From Vicugna vicugna (Eukaryota), in assembly GCA_013265495.1 (NCBI GenBank), contig MU058781.1, forward strand, positions 1,220,963 to 1,284,962: DNA of 64,000 bases, in the 5' to 3' direction. The stretch's first letter is position 1. The number at the start of each line of letters is the position of its first letter. Made by a program: the position numbers and the translations under genes. Shown piece by piece: positions 36,141 to 48,600 of the stretch. The notes under the pieces were generated by a model. The model did no database searches. It was not told the DNA's origin and saw only the letters and a program-made list of their open reading frames with translations.

Positions 36141-36870
36141 AAACCCTTCTCAAAGTGTCATCTAAGGACCCCAAGGGGTCCCTGAAGCTCCTTCAGTGGG
36201 TGTTGGCATTCAAAACTAGTTTCATAATAAAATAAGACATTATTTTTTCTTTTCACTGTGTTGACATTTGCACCGATGGTGCAAAAACTAGGAGTAAAAC
36301 TGCTGGCCCTTAGCACAGTCCGGGCAATGGCACAAACGGAGCTAGCAGTCATCAAATTCTTCCCATCAGCTCTCACGGGGAGGGAAAAAAAGGGTAGTGT
36401 TACTTAATGATCTTGATGAAACAGTAAGAATGGACTGATTACATCTGAACCCTTCCATATACATTTTTAAATATTCTGTTTGATAAAATGGGAGGTTCCC
36501 ATAAAGTAGTTCTACTGTCTACCGAAGACTGATGCTTGCCTTGAGGTAAAGTACTGTAACCCAGCTGTAACTGGGTTACAAGCTGAAATAGTTTTGTCTT
36601 CATGAAACACGATTTTTACTTGGAAGACTGACTGACAGACTCACTTCGGCTCTTCAGCTTTGACTACTTGGCAGACGTATTTCAAAAACCAACTAAGTGG
36701 CTCTGTTAGTTCAGGGTAAATGCCTGGCGGTACCTGCTGCCAAAGGTGAAACGGGAGAAGATCGAAGGCTATGCTGAGGAGATTGCATTTTGGAATAAAC
36801 ATTGATGCCCTTACTAGTGAGGACCCTGAATTCCGGCTGTAAAATCTGCCACCAGAAGCTTTCTTCCCAA
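36141..36870 (+). mobile_element. Charlie1-type hAT transposon fragment with decayed transposase sequence
   Basis: TTCTCAAAGTGT..CAAAACTAGTTTCATAATA..TGTGTTGACATTTGCACCGATGGTGCAAAA..GACTGACAGAC..TTGGCAGAC. Confidence 0.75.
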
Positions 36871-37614
36871 GTGTAGATCTGGCCAAAGCATATGGATTAA
36901 TCCAGGACAATGTGCACTCTGCTCTGTTCCAGGTGACAGGAGCTCTGAGTGCCCAATTTCCTGGACCCATTCGGATGCCCATTTGGTGATGTTGCCAACG
37001 ATGCATTCAATACACACCAGCAGAAGCTGCTGTGCTCCCAGCCAGCGAGGCCTGAGAGCGGGGCCCTCTCTACAGGGGAGTGGGACCCTGATTTCACTGA
37101 AGGGGAAAAAAGAGAAAAACAGGAGATCCTGTGCTTGAGTTTTCATTAACCATCTCATTATGTGGATATAACCTCCTTAACTGTGACCGCCACCAAGCGC
37201 TCGGGGCGGTGACCGCAGAAGCTTCCCCAACTTTCTTTGGGTTGGTGTTCCCCCGGGAACCCCCCGGGGGGTTTGTCATTCTGCATCATGAACATTAGAG
37301 TTGTTCCCTGAATGCTGGCTTCCACTAGCGAGAAATAAGGCAGAAGAGACATCAGGAGAGAAAAATCTCTTTAATCAAAAAAAATCTAAGCACAGGGAAA
37401 TACAGCAGGTTTTGTTTTGCTCAGGTTGTCTTGGTTCTAATGTGCTTGTTTCATTTCATTTTGTTTGGTTTTTGTGTTCTGGCTACTAAAGGAAAAAGGA
37501 ATAGAAAGTTACATAAGGCAGAGGAAAGTTTAGAGATTCCTCGTGAACGGGGACTGAATGGTAACAGATGGGGAACTTTAAGACAATTTAATAATAACCC
37601 AAGGGTCTAAGTGA

Positions 37615-38272
37615 CCCCTGTCCTAGCCAAATATTTTGGAAGCCACATATGTAACTTTAGCTTTTCTAGGAGCCACTTTTTAAAAAGTAAAATGAAATAG
37701 ATAAAAATTAATTTTAATACTATATTTAACCCTATATACACAAAATAGTATTATTTCAACATATAATTAATATAAAGTACTAGTTAAGTATTTTAAATTA
37801 TTTTTTCATACTGTGCGTTAGTCTGCTCGGGCTGCCATAACAAAAATGCCACATACTGGAGGGCTTAAACAACAGAAATACATCTTCTCCCAGCTCTGGA
37901 GGCTGGACGTTCCAGCTCAGGGTGCCAGCAGGGTGGGGTTCTGGTGAGAGCCCGCTTCCCGGCTTGCAGACGGCCACCTTCTCACTTGTCCTCCCTTGGA
38001 GAGCGAGAAAGCAAGTGTCATGGTCTTCAGGGCTTCACCCTATGACCTCATTAACCTTAATTACTTTCTTGCTCCAAACATCATCGCATTTGGAGTTAGC
38101 ACTTCAGAGTACGAATTTGGGGAGAGGGACCCAATTCCATCCATATCTTACTAAGTCTTCAAAATCTGGGGGGGTGCGCTCTGTACTCACTGCAAGCTCA
38201 GTTCAGACGAAGCACGTCTCAAGGGCTCACGAGCCACACGAGGACCCCAGCTTCTGTACCGGACAGTACAGA
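37615..38272. mobile_element. MER33-like hAT MITE split by an MLT1A insertion
   Basis: AGCCACATATGTAA..TTTTCTAG.AGCCAC..TTTTTTCATACT | ACTAAGTCTTCAAAATCTGG..GGACAGTACAG. Confidence 0.7.
37814..38148 (-). mobile_element. MaLR solo LTR (MLT1A-like)
   Basis: TTAGTCTGCTCGGGCTGCCATAACAAAA..GGCTTAAACAACAGAAAT; 5-bp TSD TACTG / TACTA. Confidence 0.85.
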
Positions 38273-39329
38273 GCTCAACCTGTGGCTGCTGGTTGCAGGA
38301 GGCAGAGCGACCCTGCCACCGCGAGCTTCAGTGGGTTGTCTGTAGGCGGAAGGTGGTTCCCCGAGGAAGAAGCCTGGCCGCTGGTCTACACAGCCGCAGC
38401 CAGAAACCAAGGTTCACGTGGGGGCAGGAGGGGACACTGCCTGCACACGGCTCAGGGGATATGATTAGTCTTGAGAACCCAACAGTCAGCATCTGCAGTT
38501 TGGTGATGAAATGGAGGGTTTCCCGTTCAGCTAGAGCCTAGGGGGGGCCCTTCCTCAGCTAGGAGAACAGTGGCGCGGTCCCTGGAGGTGGCTCTCGTGC
38601 AAGACAAGCTCACACTCTCCCACCTCCCTGCTCAGCGGCAAGCTCCCTAGGACTCCGTGTGCTCGGGCTTGGTGGCGAGTGGCAGGGGACCGATTGGCAC
38701 TCTTGGCATCCTTCATCTGCATACATAAACACTACAGCAAGCACACCAAGTCCAGCCATATGACTTTCTGTCCTCCCAAAATTGTAGGCAAACTAAAAAC
38801 AAACAAACCAAAAAAGATGATGAAATAAGGAAACAGTTACATAAGAGGTAAAATTCCCCTTGATTTCCACGGAAGGGAACAGCAAACAATGAAGTAATCG
38901 ATCAGTCAGTCAGTCAATCACTTTCAGTAATAAAAATTGGTGTCCTTTGTCGTCTAAAACTACACCTGAAGCAAGAACATCACAGATGGTACGTATAACT
39001 GACCGATACCTAAAAATCCAAACTAACCAAGAGAAAGGTTTAATTCATTAAGAAAATGGTTGTGGCTCATTGAGTGGTTGGCACATTCTGCAACGCATTC
39101 CCCATTTGCTTGGTCATTTTCAATTCTACCTGTGGAGTTTTATGGGCATTCTTTTCCCATGGTTGTAGCAGCTTCCTGAGACTCACCAGGGCTATACCTG
39201 TGACTTCCTGTGACTGCACCTCCCCTCTCTCACGCCTTTGCCAGGTCTCCACTGCTTCCCAGGCCTGGCTTCCCCAATCCAGGAAGGACAAACCATCAGG
39301 CACGTTTGCAATTGTGCTCAAACGTTAGT

Positions 39330-39830
39330 AGCTACAGTGGACCCTGTTATTTTGCTGTCTTGTATCCCTTCCCTCTTCTTCCAGCAACAGCCCTGCGTGT
39401 ATCTAGTGACCCATCCCTTTTTCACTCCCTACCTGTGCCGGAGACGGAGTTGACACTACTCCCAAAATCCGGGATGGCCGTATGACTTCGCACCTGAGCA
39501 GCATAATTTGTCTGTGGCCCACGGTGACTGGCTAAGGAATGGGCACATGGCCAAGTCAGCCAGAGCAGCGTGTCCCTCCAGGACTTCACCAACAGCCACA
39601 AGGAAAGCGCTCTTCTCCTTCTTCTGGGGTTGCTGAGACGGTCACCCCACCACCGTTTGGGGATGAGTCTGCCTGAATGAAAGGAGAAGACAGAAAACCA
39701 GATTCAAGAGATGGAGGGTTGTGCCCTCTTGACATCTTTTCAGCATCTGATTCCAGTGATCCAGCCCCTTGATTAAGACAGTTTGGACTGGGTTTTTCTG
39801 CCACTTGCAACCAAGAGGCTTTTAACAAAC
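39330..39830 (+). mobile_element. Old MaLR LTR (MLT1J/K-like)
   Basis: GTGACTGGCTAAGGAATGGGCACATG..CAGTTTGGACTGGGTTTTTCTGCCACTTGCAACCAAGAG. Confidence 0.6.
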
Positions 39831-40539
39831 AGAATATTACGCTAACTTAACCTTTTAAGAACAGACCACCCCTCACCCAACGCCACCACCGGAAGGGGAT
39901 AGCTCTTAAAGCAAAGGAAAAAATCACCAATGGACAAATTTCAAGAACCTCTAGCCAATTAGTGAAGCTAACAGTTCGAGGCAGGACATTTTCCCATCAT
40001 CCACACACAGTCAGAAAATATCACATAAGCCTACATGGTTTTGAGGATAAAGCCAATTTTGTTTCTCAATCTACTGAGTTTTCATTTAGTTATTTAATCC
40101 CAGAGTGGAAACCATCTCAATCGGCCTGATGCTTTCATTAGAACAAGGCTAGGACCGGGCTCTCACAATGATGAGATGAAACAGTCTTGCCTTACTTAAT
40201 GGAAGAATGAGAAAATACTTTTTTTTCAAAAATAGATGCATTTTACATTGAGCTCTACCCACAGGTCACAGCAGCTGCCAATAAAGGAGGCAAATAACAC
40301 AATTGTCCATCTACCCTTACTATTACCACCATTCGTAAGTAATGCTGTGACTTACTGCTGCCACCACTGCCGCCATCACCAAACACAACCTTACTCGTGC
40401 CTCCTCTGGTTCCTCCTTGTTCTCCAGAATTCTCTCTACCCTCCCAACTCTTAGGCATCTAAAATAATGGAAATGGGGTTTTCTAGAGTATTTGAAGGGG
40501 GCCTGAGCTGGATTCTTTTTCAGTTCTTTTTTGAAAACT

Positions 40540-40900
40540 CTTGTTTCTTTACTTTCATGGAAATAGAGTCGATTTACAATGGTTGTGTTAGTCTCTGGCA
40601 TACAGCATAGCGATTCAGTTATACATACATATATTCTTTTTCAGATTCCTTTTCATCATAGGTTACTGCAAGACACTGAACATAGTTCCCTATGCTTGCT
40701 GTTTATTTTATGCTGGTAATCATGTAGGCTCAAATACATTCTAAAAAATAGAAGGAAAAACATCGGCATTTTCTTGCTCCTCTCCCCCACATTTTATGAT
40801 TTTTTTTCCTTCTCTTTTTTTTATTTGAACTATAGTTGGTTTACAATATTGTGTTTATTTCTGGCGTACATCAGAGTGATTCAGTTATATTCTTTTTCAT
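40540..40900 (-). mobile_element. Two short antisense L1 3'-end fragments (~40540-40700 and ~40815-40900)
   Basis: TAGAGTCGATTTACAAT..GTGTTAGT..TACAGCATAGCGATTCAGTTATA, and TATAGTTGGTTTACAATATTGTG..GTGATTCAGTTATA. Confidence 0.75.
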
Positions 40901-41379
40901 TTCTTTACGAAAAAGCATAAACTCAGAGAGAGACAATAAATTTAAGATTTACATCATGTTTTCATTGAAAGTGGGGATATCGTCCACTCGACAGACATTA
41001 GTTGAGTACCTGCCACATGTCAGATATGAAAACGAAATAAAGTCCTCGGCCTGCCCATCCCTGCTCATAGCATCTTTCAGGAATTCCACCCTTGCCGACC
41101 CCCATTACGTGCATCTGACGGTCTTCCTTTGGGAATTTCAAAGAAGAGACACCTGGAAGGAGCCCCAGAGACCTTTGAGAGTTGAGAGCTTAGCGATATT
41201 TACAAAGTACCCACCAAAGGCAAGGCATTTTGTGCCCTCGTTGTAGGTAAACTTCAGTTCCTTAGTAATTCTTACTTATTCTCAGAGTTCCAAGAGACTG
41301 GGATTATGTCAGGCACCCTCAGTTTATCCAAAATGCCCCCAAATTTCATGTGCCTCAAACACTACACATACCCACAGAC

Positions 41380-41730
41380 TCCTTTAAATTATTCCATCCA
41401 TCAGAAGTGCTCTTCCATTCATCGTCTTCACTGAAACCTCATCTTTTTGTAAGATTCATGTCAAACACTACTACACTATGCAAATTTCCCCAGATCTAAC
41501 TGGCCTGTAACTTTCCCTTTTCTGCAATCCCCAAACACTTCTTGCTTTTCGTTTAGCATTTATCACACGCTGTCCTGGACGTTAAATACTCACATATATT
41601 TTATTGTCCATTTGGATCGTAGATTTCTTAAAGGGCAGGCCCATTGCATTCATATTTTGTTTCACATATTACCCGAAGATAGAGTTTTGAAAACAGTAAT
41701 ACTCAACAAAATGTGCCAAATTGAATTTTA
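41380..41730 (+). mobile_element. L2 LINE 3' fragment
   Basis: AGATTTCTTAAAGGGCAGG..CATTCATATTTTGT..AGTAATACTCAACAAAATG..AATTGAAT. Confidence 0.55.
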
Positions 41731-43084
41731 AATGAGTATAAAATTCTAAGGACAATTTAGAGGTGACAGCTGCCCTGCAATGTAATCAGCTATTGTCCCT
41801 GAATTCATTTCACTAAGTACAAATTGTCCCTAAAATATATCCTATTTCGATTACGGTGTGGGTTGCACTGCGGATTATAAGTCACTCTGTTTTCTCCAGG
41901 CCTCAAATCGATTCCGTCTCCAATCCCTCCGGCTACTTTTACCCTGAGACCTAGGTATAGCGGCCCCACTCTCTGAGCCCCAGTTTCAGTTGGAACAACC
42001 CAGCATTGAGATCCCCAGGGCCTGGAGACCAGCTCGTAGCTGTGGCCTCCGTGAAAGTCTTTTGCAGCAAACCTCGCTGAGCCCCTGCTTCCTAAATTCA
42101 AAAGTTTGGACTTGTTTAGAATTCCAAGATCTTGTAAATGTGATTTGCCACCCACCCAAACTGGAAAATCACATGGACTTCTGCCCTTTCACAAAAACGT
42201 GAAAGGGGCTTAATTTAGCTCCAAGCTAATAAATAGTCCTGTTTCTTGTATGATGAGTAACATCCAGCACTTTGCATGACTAATTAAACAATCTGGAATT
42301 TGCTTTGAAGGCTAAGCCATTCTTAATAATTTTAAATTACTAACTGTCTAAGCTGGAAATAATACTTCCAATTGTTAAGAAACTTTAAAAGAGCCTCAAC
42401 CATTAGACAGAGCTTTCATGAAACGATTTCAGCATCTGCCAGTTTCCGAGATCTAGAAATACCCACGATTCTTGATGATTCAAGAAACTATTATCTAATT
42501 TGTGGATTTCCTGGTCCTCAGCCTCCTAGTCTTTCTGGGGACTTGCTTTCATTCTCTGGGACCCCCTCGGACAAAGAGTGAATGGGAACAGAGAGCGAAG
42601 GTGAAAAGTTAAATAAGATTTTAAAACGCACTGTGTTATAGTTCATCTGTTTCAACAGCAATGTTAACTCTTCCTTGGCCCTTTTTTTTTTTGCTGAGAA
42701 AGTATATTCTGCATCATATTTCTTGCTGCGATCACACGGTTCCATCAGGCACTCGATGTTCTCAGCCTACACGGCCAAGTCCGTGTTTCGGTAACTTTGT
42801 TCCCGAAGTGCAAATCAAGCATTTTGCCTTTTTTTTTTTTTTTTAATAAATTAAGTTGGCTAAGAAAGAGGTCTGAACCCAATGGCTCATAAAGAGCTGT
42901 CAAGAACACCGACTCTAGTCCCCCAGCTTGCGGCACCTTGGGAAACAGACCCACCCATTTTTAAAGGCCCAAGTTCAATTGTTTGCAAAGCAAAGTCGCA
43001 GCAGCAGAATGCAAGGATACAGTCAAATACGTGGAGACTCTTGCTTGAGGATTACTTTCTGAGACCTGCAACCCATCCAGGCAA

Positions 43085-43523
43085 TAGCTCTTAGACACTT
43101 TGGCCTCAGTATCTCTTGACCCTTTTAAAACTTATTAAGGATCCCACGGAGCTTTTGTTTACAGAGTTTATACCTAACAATATTCACCATATTAAAAATT
43201 AAAAGAGGGTTACATTTTGTACTTATACATTACTTTAAAAATGAGCCCATTATATGTTAACATGTATAACATAACTTTTACGAAAAATTAACTCTGTTTT
43301 CCAAAACCAAAGAAAATTTACTGTGAAGCGCATCACTGTTTTACATTTTTTGCAAATCTACTTAATATCTGGCTTAATAGAAGACAGCTGGGTTCTCATA
43401 TCTGCTCTGCATTTAATCTGCTGTGAAGTGTTATTTTGGTTGAAATAGCTAAAGAAAATCCAGCTTTCCACGGGAAAAGAAAGGCTTTAGAAGATGCCCT
43501 GAAAGGCACACTTTGAGAACCAG
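43085..43523 (-). mobile_element. Charlie1-derived hAT fragment
   Basis: TTTTTGCAAATCT..TTAATATCTGGCTTAATAGAAGACAGCTGG..CTCATATCTGCT..CACACTTTGAGAACCA. Confidence 0.75.
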
Positions 43524-43807
43524 AAGACAAATGATCTATCTAAACCTATGATACATCTCTCATTGTATAATTCAAATCAGGATTTTATGCTCTTACTTCA
43601 GCAAAGCATCACTGATGGGTTTTGGAATAATAGGCAGCCTTGAGTTTGAATGTTGCTTCCACCACTTCTGGCCACATGCCCTTGGACATGATGCTTCATC
43701 TTATCTATTAGTAGGGTGGTTGGAAGGGTTTCAAAATGCCTGATTTATAGTTGATATGGTAAGCCCTTCACAAACGTTCATTTTCTTCCTTTTCCCCTTT
43801 CTCCCCG

Positions 43808-44035
43808 TGATGGTTCATTTTATGTGTTAACTAGACTGTGCCATCCAGCCGGTACTAATAACCACACGTGGAAAAGACTGTGAGATGCGACAGAGAAATC
43901 CCAGCCTGACGACATCGTTTGAGCTGCTAAAACCCCGTCTGGGTCTGCTGTCCTACACTCTTCAATTATGTGAACCGATACATTACCTTTATGCCGAAGC
44001 TGACTTGGCCACTTATAACCAAAAGATTCCGAACC
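43808..44035 (+). mobile_element. ERVL LTR fragment (MLT2-like), preceded by a MIR remnant (~43620-43780)
   Basis: TGATGGTTCATTTTATGTGTTAACTAGACTG is the typical MLT2-type 5' end. Confidence 0.5.
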
Positions 44036-44153
44036 AGGACACCAGGAATGGCGGGCACTCTCACATATGGTGGTGAATGATTCGCACAACCATTAATGCC
44101 TCAAGCACTGTGTAAAAATACCCCGAAACGTTATCTTAAAAATCTTAGTATTT

Positions 44154-44321
44154 GGGGGAGGGGGCGGTATAGCTCAGTAGCAAAGTGCATGTTTAGCATG
44201 CACGACGTCCAGGATTCAGTCCCCAGTATCTCCACTAAATGAATGAATGAATGAATAAATAAATAAATAAATAAATAACCTGATTACTTCCCTCCTCAGA
44301 AAATTAAAACTTTAAAGAAAT
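44154..44321 (+). mobile_element. tRNA-Ala-derived SINE (vic-1-like) with microsatellite-expanded linker
   Basis: GGTATAGCTCAGTAG..TTAGCATGCACGA..CCCCAGTATCTCCA, (GAAT)n(AAAT)n linker; TSD TTAAAAATCTTAGTATT / TTAAAAATCATAGCATT. Confidence 0.85.
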
Positions 44322-46492
44322 TTAAAAATCATAGCATTCAACTTTAACTTGGGTGGTTTACCTAAGGAAAATCTAGGGGAAAAAAATTCATGCAGTATGG
44401 CTTTGTACAAAACCTCCTGCCTTTTTTTCCTCATGTTTGTCTGCTTACTGTCATCCTAAAGCCTGATGATTTTGCAGACCCTAATACATATGTGGATATA
44501 CCTTGTCCCTTTTCCAATTTTCCAATAAAATCCCCTAAGAATTTCTTTTTCCAATGATTAGAATTTCTTGAGTGAAATTTGCTCTCTCAGCCTCACTGTA
44601 AGCAGGGATGCATTTAGAAAATTCTAATGCAAGTAACGTACTTCCGAAACTTGCAATCTACCAAGAGAAAACACCCTGCCACGTGTCAGCTAAGCTACCC
44701 CCATGGGACCAGGATCAACTAAACGCAGAGAATGGCCCCTTTGCATTTCCAGCTTAAACTCTTCTGCGTGGTCCTCCGCTTTCAGCCCATTCCCCAAAAA
44801 TAAAGAAGAAGCCCCTTATGAACACCTCGCAGTTTTGCCCTGGAGTGGGCAGCCTGCTGGCTTTACTACAAACCTAGTCTTTAGAAAGGGAAGTACAGTT
44901 AGCCAGAGTAGTAGAGAAATGAGCCACGGAGATCAGTCAAAACCGAACTGGACTTTGCGTCTGAATTACCCCACTTGGCAATCACTGCAGATCACACTCA
45001 TTGGGTAATTGTCAGTTTCCTGTTTCCTCCCGTCTACGCTCTGCAGAGCCACCACATCACCGGGGAGCTGGTACTCTCTCCATCCCCGCCACACCACCCT
45101 CCCGCCAACTGCAGGATGACTCAGCTTCTCCAGGCCCTCAAGTTTGTACCATTTGGGGTCCCTCTTTCAGAACACAAAATTAAAAATAAAATTTGGGAAG
45201 TGGTTTGCACAAGTGAAGAGCCCTGAGGCTTAAGTTTTGTTAGCTTCTTGGCCAATCCATCACAGTCCCCACTGAAGAGGTGGGATCTCAAGTCGTAGGG
45301 TACCTTGCACATGTAGGTACTTAGTAAATGCCTTTTGATTATCAAGAAAAAGAGCTTTTTCTACATTCCTATGCATTTCTTTACGCTTTGTCTTGACTTT
45401 TTCATGGAAGAAAAGGAAATGATTCCACTTCTGTTAGAAACGAACAATTAGGAAATTCGCAAAACTTAAGAGAATTCTAGAATGTTCTATTAACAACTAG
45501 CCTGTCAAACTTTCTTGTTTCCCAAAATAAGAAACAGCGGCTAAAAAACAAGCCAAAGACCTGTTAGCAGGGAAGTCGGCACTAGAACTCAGGACTTTTG
45601 ACTGCAGAGCCCGCCCACATACTTCCATGTCTTCTGTGTCTCTCAAGGTCCAGCCCTGTCTTCTCATAACTACAATAAGAGAGTAACTCTTTCTTACACA
45701 TTTTGAGGAAATGGTTCCTTTAAATCTCCTCCCCTTTAGGGAGAAATAAGAGTATTTAGAAGTATCGCACCCAGCTTGAATCTCAGCCTAGCCATTTGCT
45801 AGCAAACCTTAGGATCAGTTAGCTACTTAATCGTATTGACCTTCCTGTGTCTTCATCTGTGAAATAAAAAAAAGACACCCCTACTGCGCAAGGCTGCAGC
45901 CTGGGATGTAAAATATGCCCTGAAGTACTTCCCGTTCAAGGTGCAGACCATGTAAATGGATTTGCTTTGGGTTCTTCCCAAGTTCCTCCTGGAGAAAAGC
46001 ACAGAGGTAAGAAAAGGAACCCACTGTGAAGTGGACAGGACAGGAGGACAGTCGCCACCAAGGAGGGATTTCAACAAAGTTCTGGAACGTGGAACGTGGG
46101 CGTGAGCAAGCAGACGAAAGAAAGAGGGGCAGGAAGGCATTACCTTTGAGGAAGGAGAAAAGAATTAGGATGCAGTTCACCCAGTAGAACATCAAGCCCC
46201 AGAGAAGGCTCCAGGCTCAGAGTCAGCAGATTCCACACGGGTGAGAGTGAGAAGTGGGAGGGGAGTAGGGTGTCTCCAAACAGCACCCCCCCAAGCCCCC
46301 ATCCTCCTGCCCTCTCCCCACCCTCAGACGCAGGCAGCAGACTGCCCTTACAGTGAGGTATCTTCAACTCTCTGCAAAGCCTGTGGAAACTGAGGAGAGC
46401 TAGTGCTCCACCAGGGGGACTGGCTCTCCTCCCTAAGTGAGGCCCCTCCCGTGAAGTGAGGTGAGTCAGTTTCACAATGCAAACCCCCCCAC

Positions 46493-46516
46493 CGCGCGCG
46501 CGCGCACACACACACA
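46493..46516. repeat. (CG)6(CA)6 alternating purine-pyrimidine tract
   Basis: Direct reading. Confidence 0.9.
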
Positions 46517-46599
46517 AAACAGGGAAGGAAATCAAAACCAACCACTGAAAGCTTCTATTTGTAAATGGAAACACACGACCGAGGACCACCAGGTCTAGA

Positions 46600-47000
46600 A
46601 AAAGCACACAGCAGCACAAAAGAAAAAGACCAAGATAACTAAGCAGAAGAACCCAGAGGAAACAGAGAATTCCAAAAAACGGAGGAAACACTTTTAAAAA
46701 TCCAATGATTACAAAGAGAGAGCTAAGACGCTATTACATCTAGAAAATAATGATGAGAAACTATGAAAAAAGAAGCAATCAGAGAAACAAGAAATAGATT
46801 TGGCAGGATTAAAAATATAACTGCTTAGATTAAAAAGAAATGTAAGGTTTCCAAAATAAAGGTGAGCAACTCCGGCAGAATGTACACATGATAAAACAAA
46901 TAAGAGATCCTAGAAAGGTAATCCAGGAGATCTAATATCCAAGAGATGTCTCAGAATACTACCAGCAGGAGAACAGAAACCACAAATATTTTAATAGATC
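46600..47000 (+). mobile_element. HAL1 / old L1 ORF1-like remnant
   Basis: A-rich sense strand with AATCAGAGAAACAAGAAA..ATTAAAAATAT..AATCCAGGAGATCTAATATCCAA. Confidence 0.45.
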
Positions 47001-47524
47001 ATCATTTCAGGGAGAAGAATAAATAATGGAAATAAAGGAGTATCTTTGTGTCATTGAGCCGTTAGATACTATCTGCATTGTTACCACGTACACCTATTAA
47101 TTGGATGCTAGAATACAGTGCATCCTCAGTGAGTGAAAAGTCTTACGTTATCTGTGCATTTTCACTCTGGGTGTGGACAGGACCACGGTGTCTTTGAAGG
47201 CATTAACATTCCCATAATCTTCATCAGCCTCACGCATTGTTTGTACGTGATCGTAACCTCAAGGCATGCTCTCAGTTTCATTCTCCCTTTTCTAAAATAA
47301 ATTGCCATCCTATGTTCCTTACATAGAAATTCTGGAGTTACCTGTGCTCTGGTGTCTCCTTAATCCAGTTGTTTAAAGGGCTACATATTAGCCTGTATGA
47401 GCCTCCACTCAAACCCATCCATCTAAAACAATGTATCTACCCTCTTTTCAGTTTCCCTCTATCCACCAAGAGCCAGTAGACAAATCTTCCTTAATAACAA
47501 ATCAGCTATCAAGGGCTTAATTGT

Positions 47525-47930
47525 AATAATAATAGTTACCTCTGTTAAGGGCTGTTTTATGCTAAACACTTCCCAGGTTTTTGCTCTAATCACTGCAGCC
47601 CTGCAGATAGAAATTATTATCCCCAATTTAAAAACAATAAAACCGAGGCATAGGGGAGTTAAACAATTTGCCCAAGGACCAAAAGTTTTGTAAATAAAGA
47701 GGCAAGAATTTTTGCTCAGGGTTATCTGACTTCAAAGTCTATGTTTTTTAGAGTTTTACACTCACCACAGCCCTACCCCCATAGCTTATAGCTACAATAT
47801 ATTTTATGAGTACACTTAAATATTGTCCCAGTTTTATTGTTTTAATGACCCTGGTACATGTTGTTATTTCCATTTTACAGATGAGAACACTGAGGCCCAC
47901 TGAAGTTAATAAATTGCCCTTGACCACATG
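47525..47930 (-). mobile_element. Two MIR remnants (~47525-47745 and ~47800-47930)
   Basis: ATTATTATCCCCAATTT..TTGCCCAAGG..TCTGACTTCAAAG, and TTATTTCCATTTTACAGATGAGAACACTGAGGC. Confidence 0.75.
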
Positions 47931-48397
47931 GTGCATTCAGTTTTCACTGACCCTTATTACCACAAGCGCCTGCTTTTTTATGCCACTTTTCTGCTTAATT
48001 TTTAATCATTCAACAAACACTGTACCGTTACGAAATAAAAAGTGCCACTAGGACTGTGACTTTATTTCTGTTGCCAGTTTTTTCATGGCAAACTCTATTC
48101 TATCACTCAACATCATCCTTCATCTGGACAAAACCCACACCCTCCACCCCTGCCGGGTGGTCTCCTGGCCACGCATGCACACTTGCTGAGATTATCCTCA
48201 ACTTTAGTACTTTACCTACCATCATCTATTCCTTCCTGAAACACCTTGTTTCCTCTCTGTGGCTCCCCAAATTGTCCCCATTAATCAATGCCCATCTCAT
48301 ATTCACCATGAACAGCTAGCTCTCCTGTCCCTGACAGCCCAGAATACTTATGTTCACAGCCCTGTACATTTGGCATTACCATATTCACCTGGATGTT

Positions 48398-48600
48398 CTT
48401 TTTTTTTTTAACATTCTTTATTGAGTTATAATCATATGTGTCAAATTGTAGAGCACAATTTTTCAGTTATACATGAACATATATATATATTCATTGCCAC
48501 ACTTTTTTCTCTGTGAGCTACCATAAGACCTTGTGTATATTTCCCTGTGCTGTACAGTAGAATCTTGTTTATCTATTCTATATTTTGAAATCTCAGTCTG
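48398..48600 (-). mobile_element. 5'-truncated L1 3' end
   Basis: Poly-T, then TTTATTGAGTTATA..CAGTTATACAT..TTTCCCTGTGCTGTACAGTA. Confidence 0.75.

Noticed and set aside
37922..38464. 180-aa ORF
   Set aside because: Runs across antisense MLT1A and MER33 sequence, has a non-ATG start and resembles no protein I know.
46140..46691. 183-aa hydrophobic ORF on the minus strand
   Set aside because: Antisense of A/G-rich repeat-like sequence and a microsatellite; its Phe/Leu richness is compositional.
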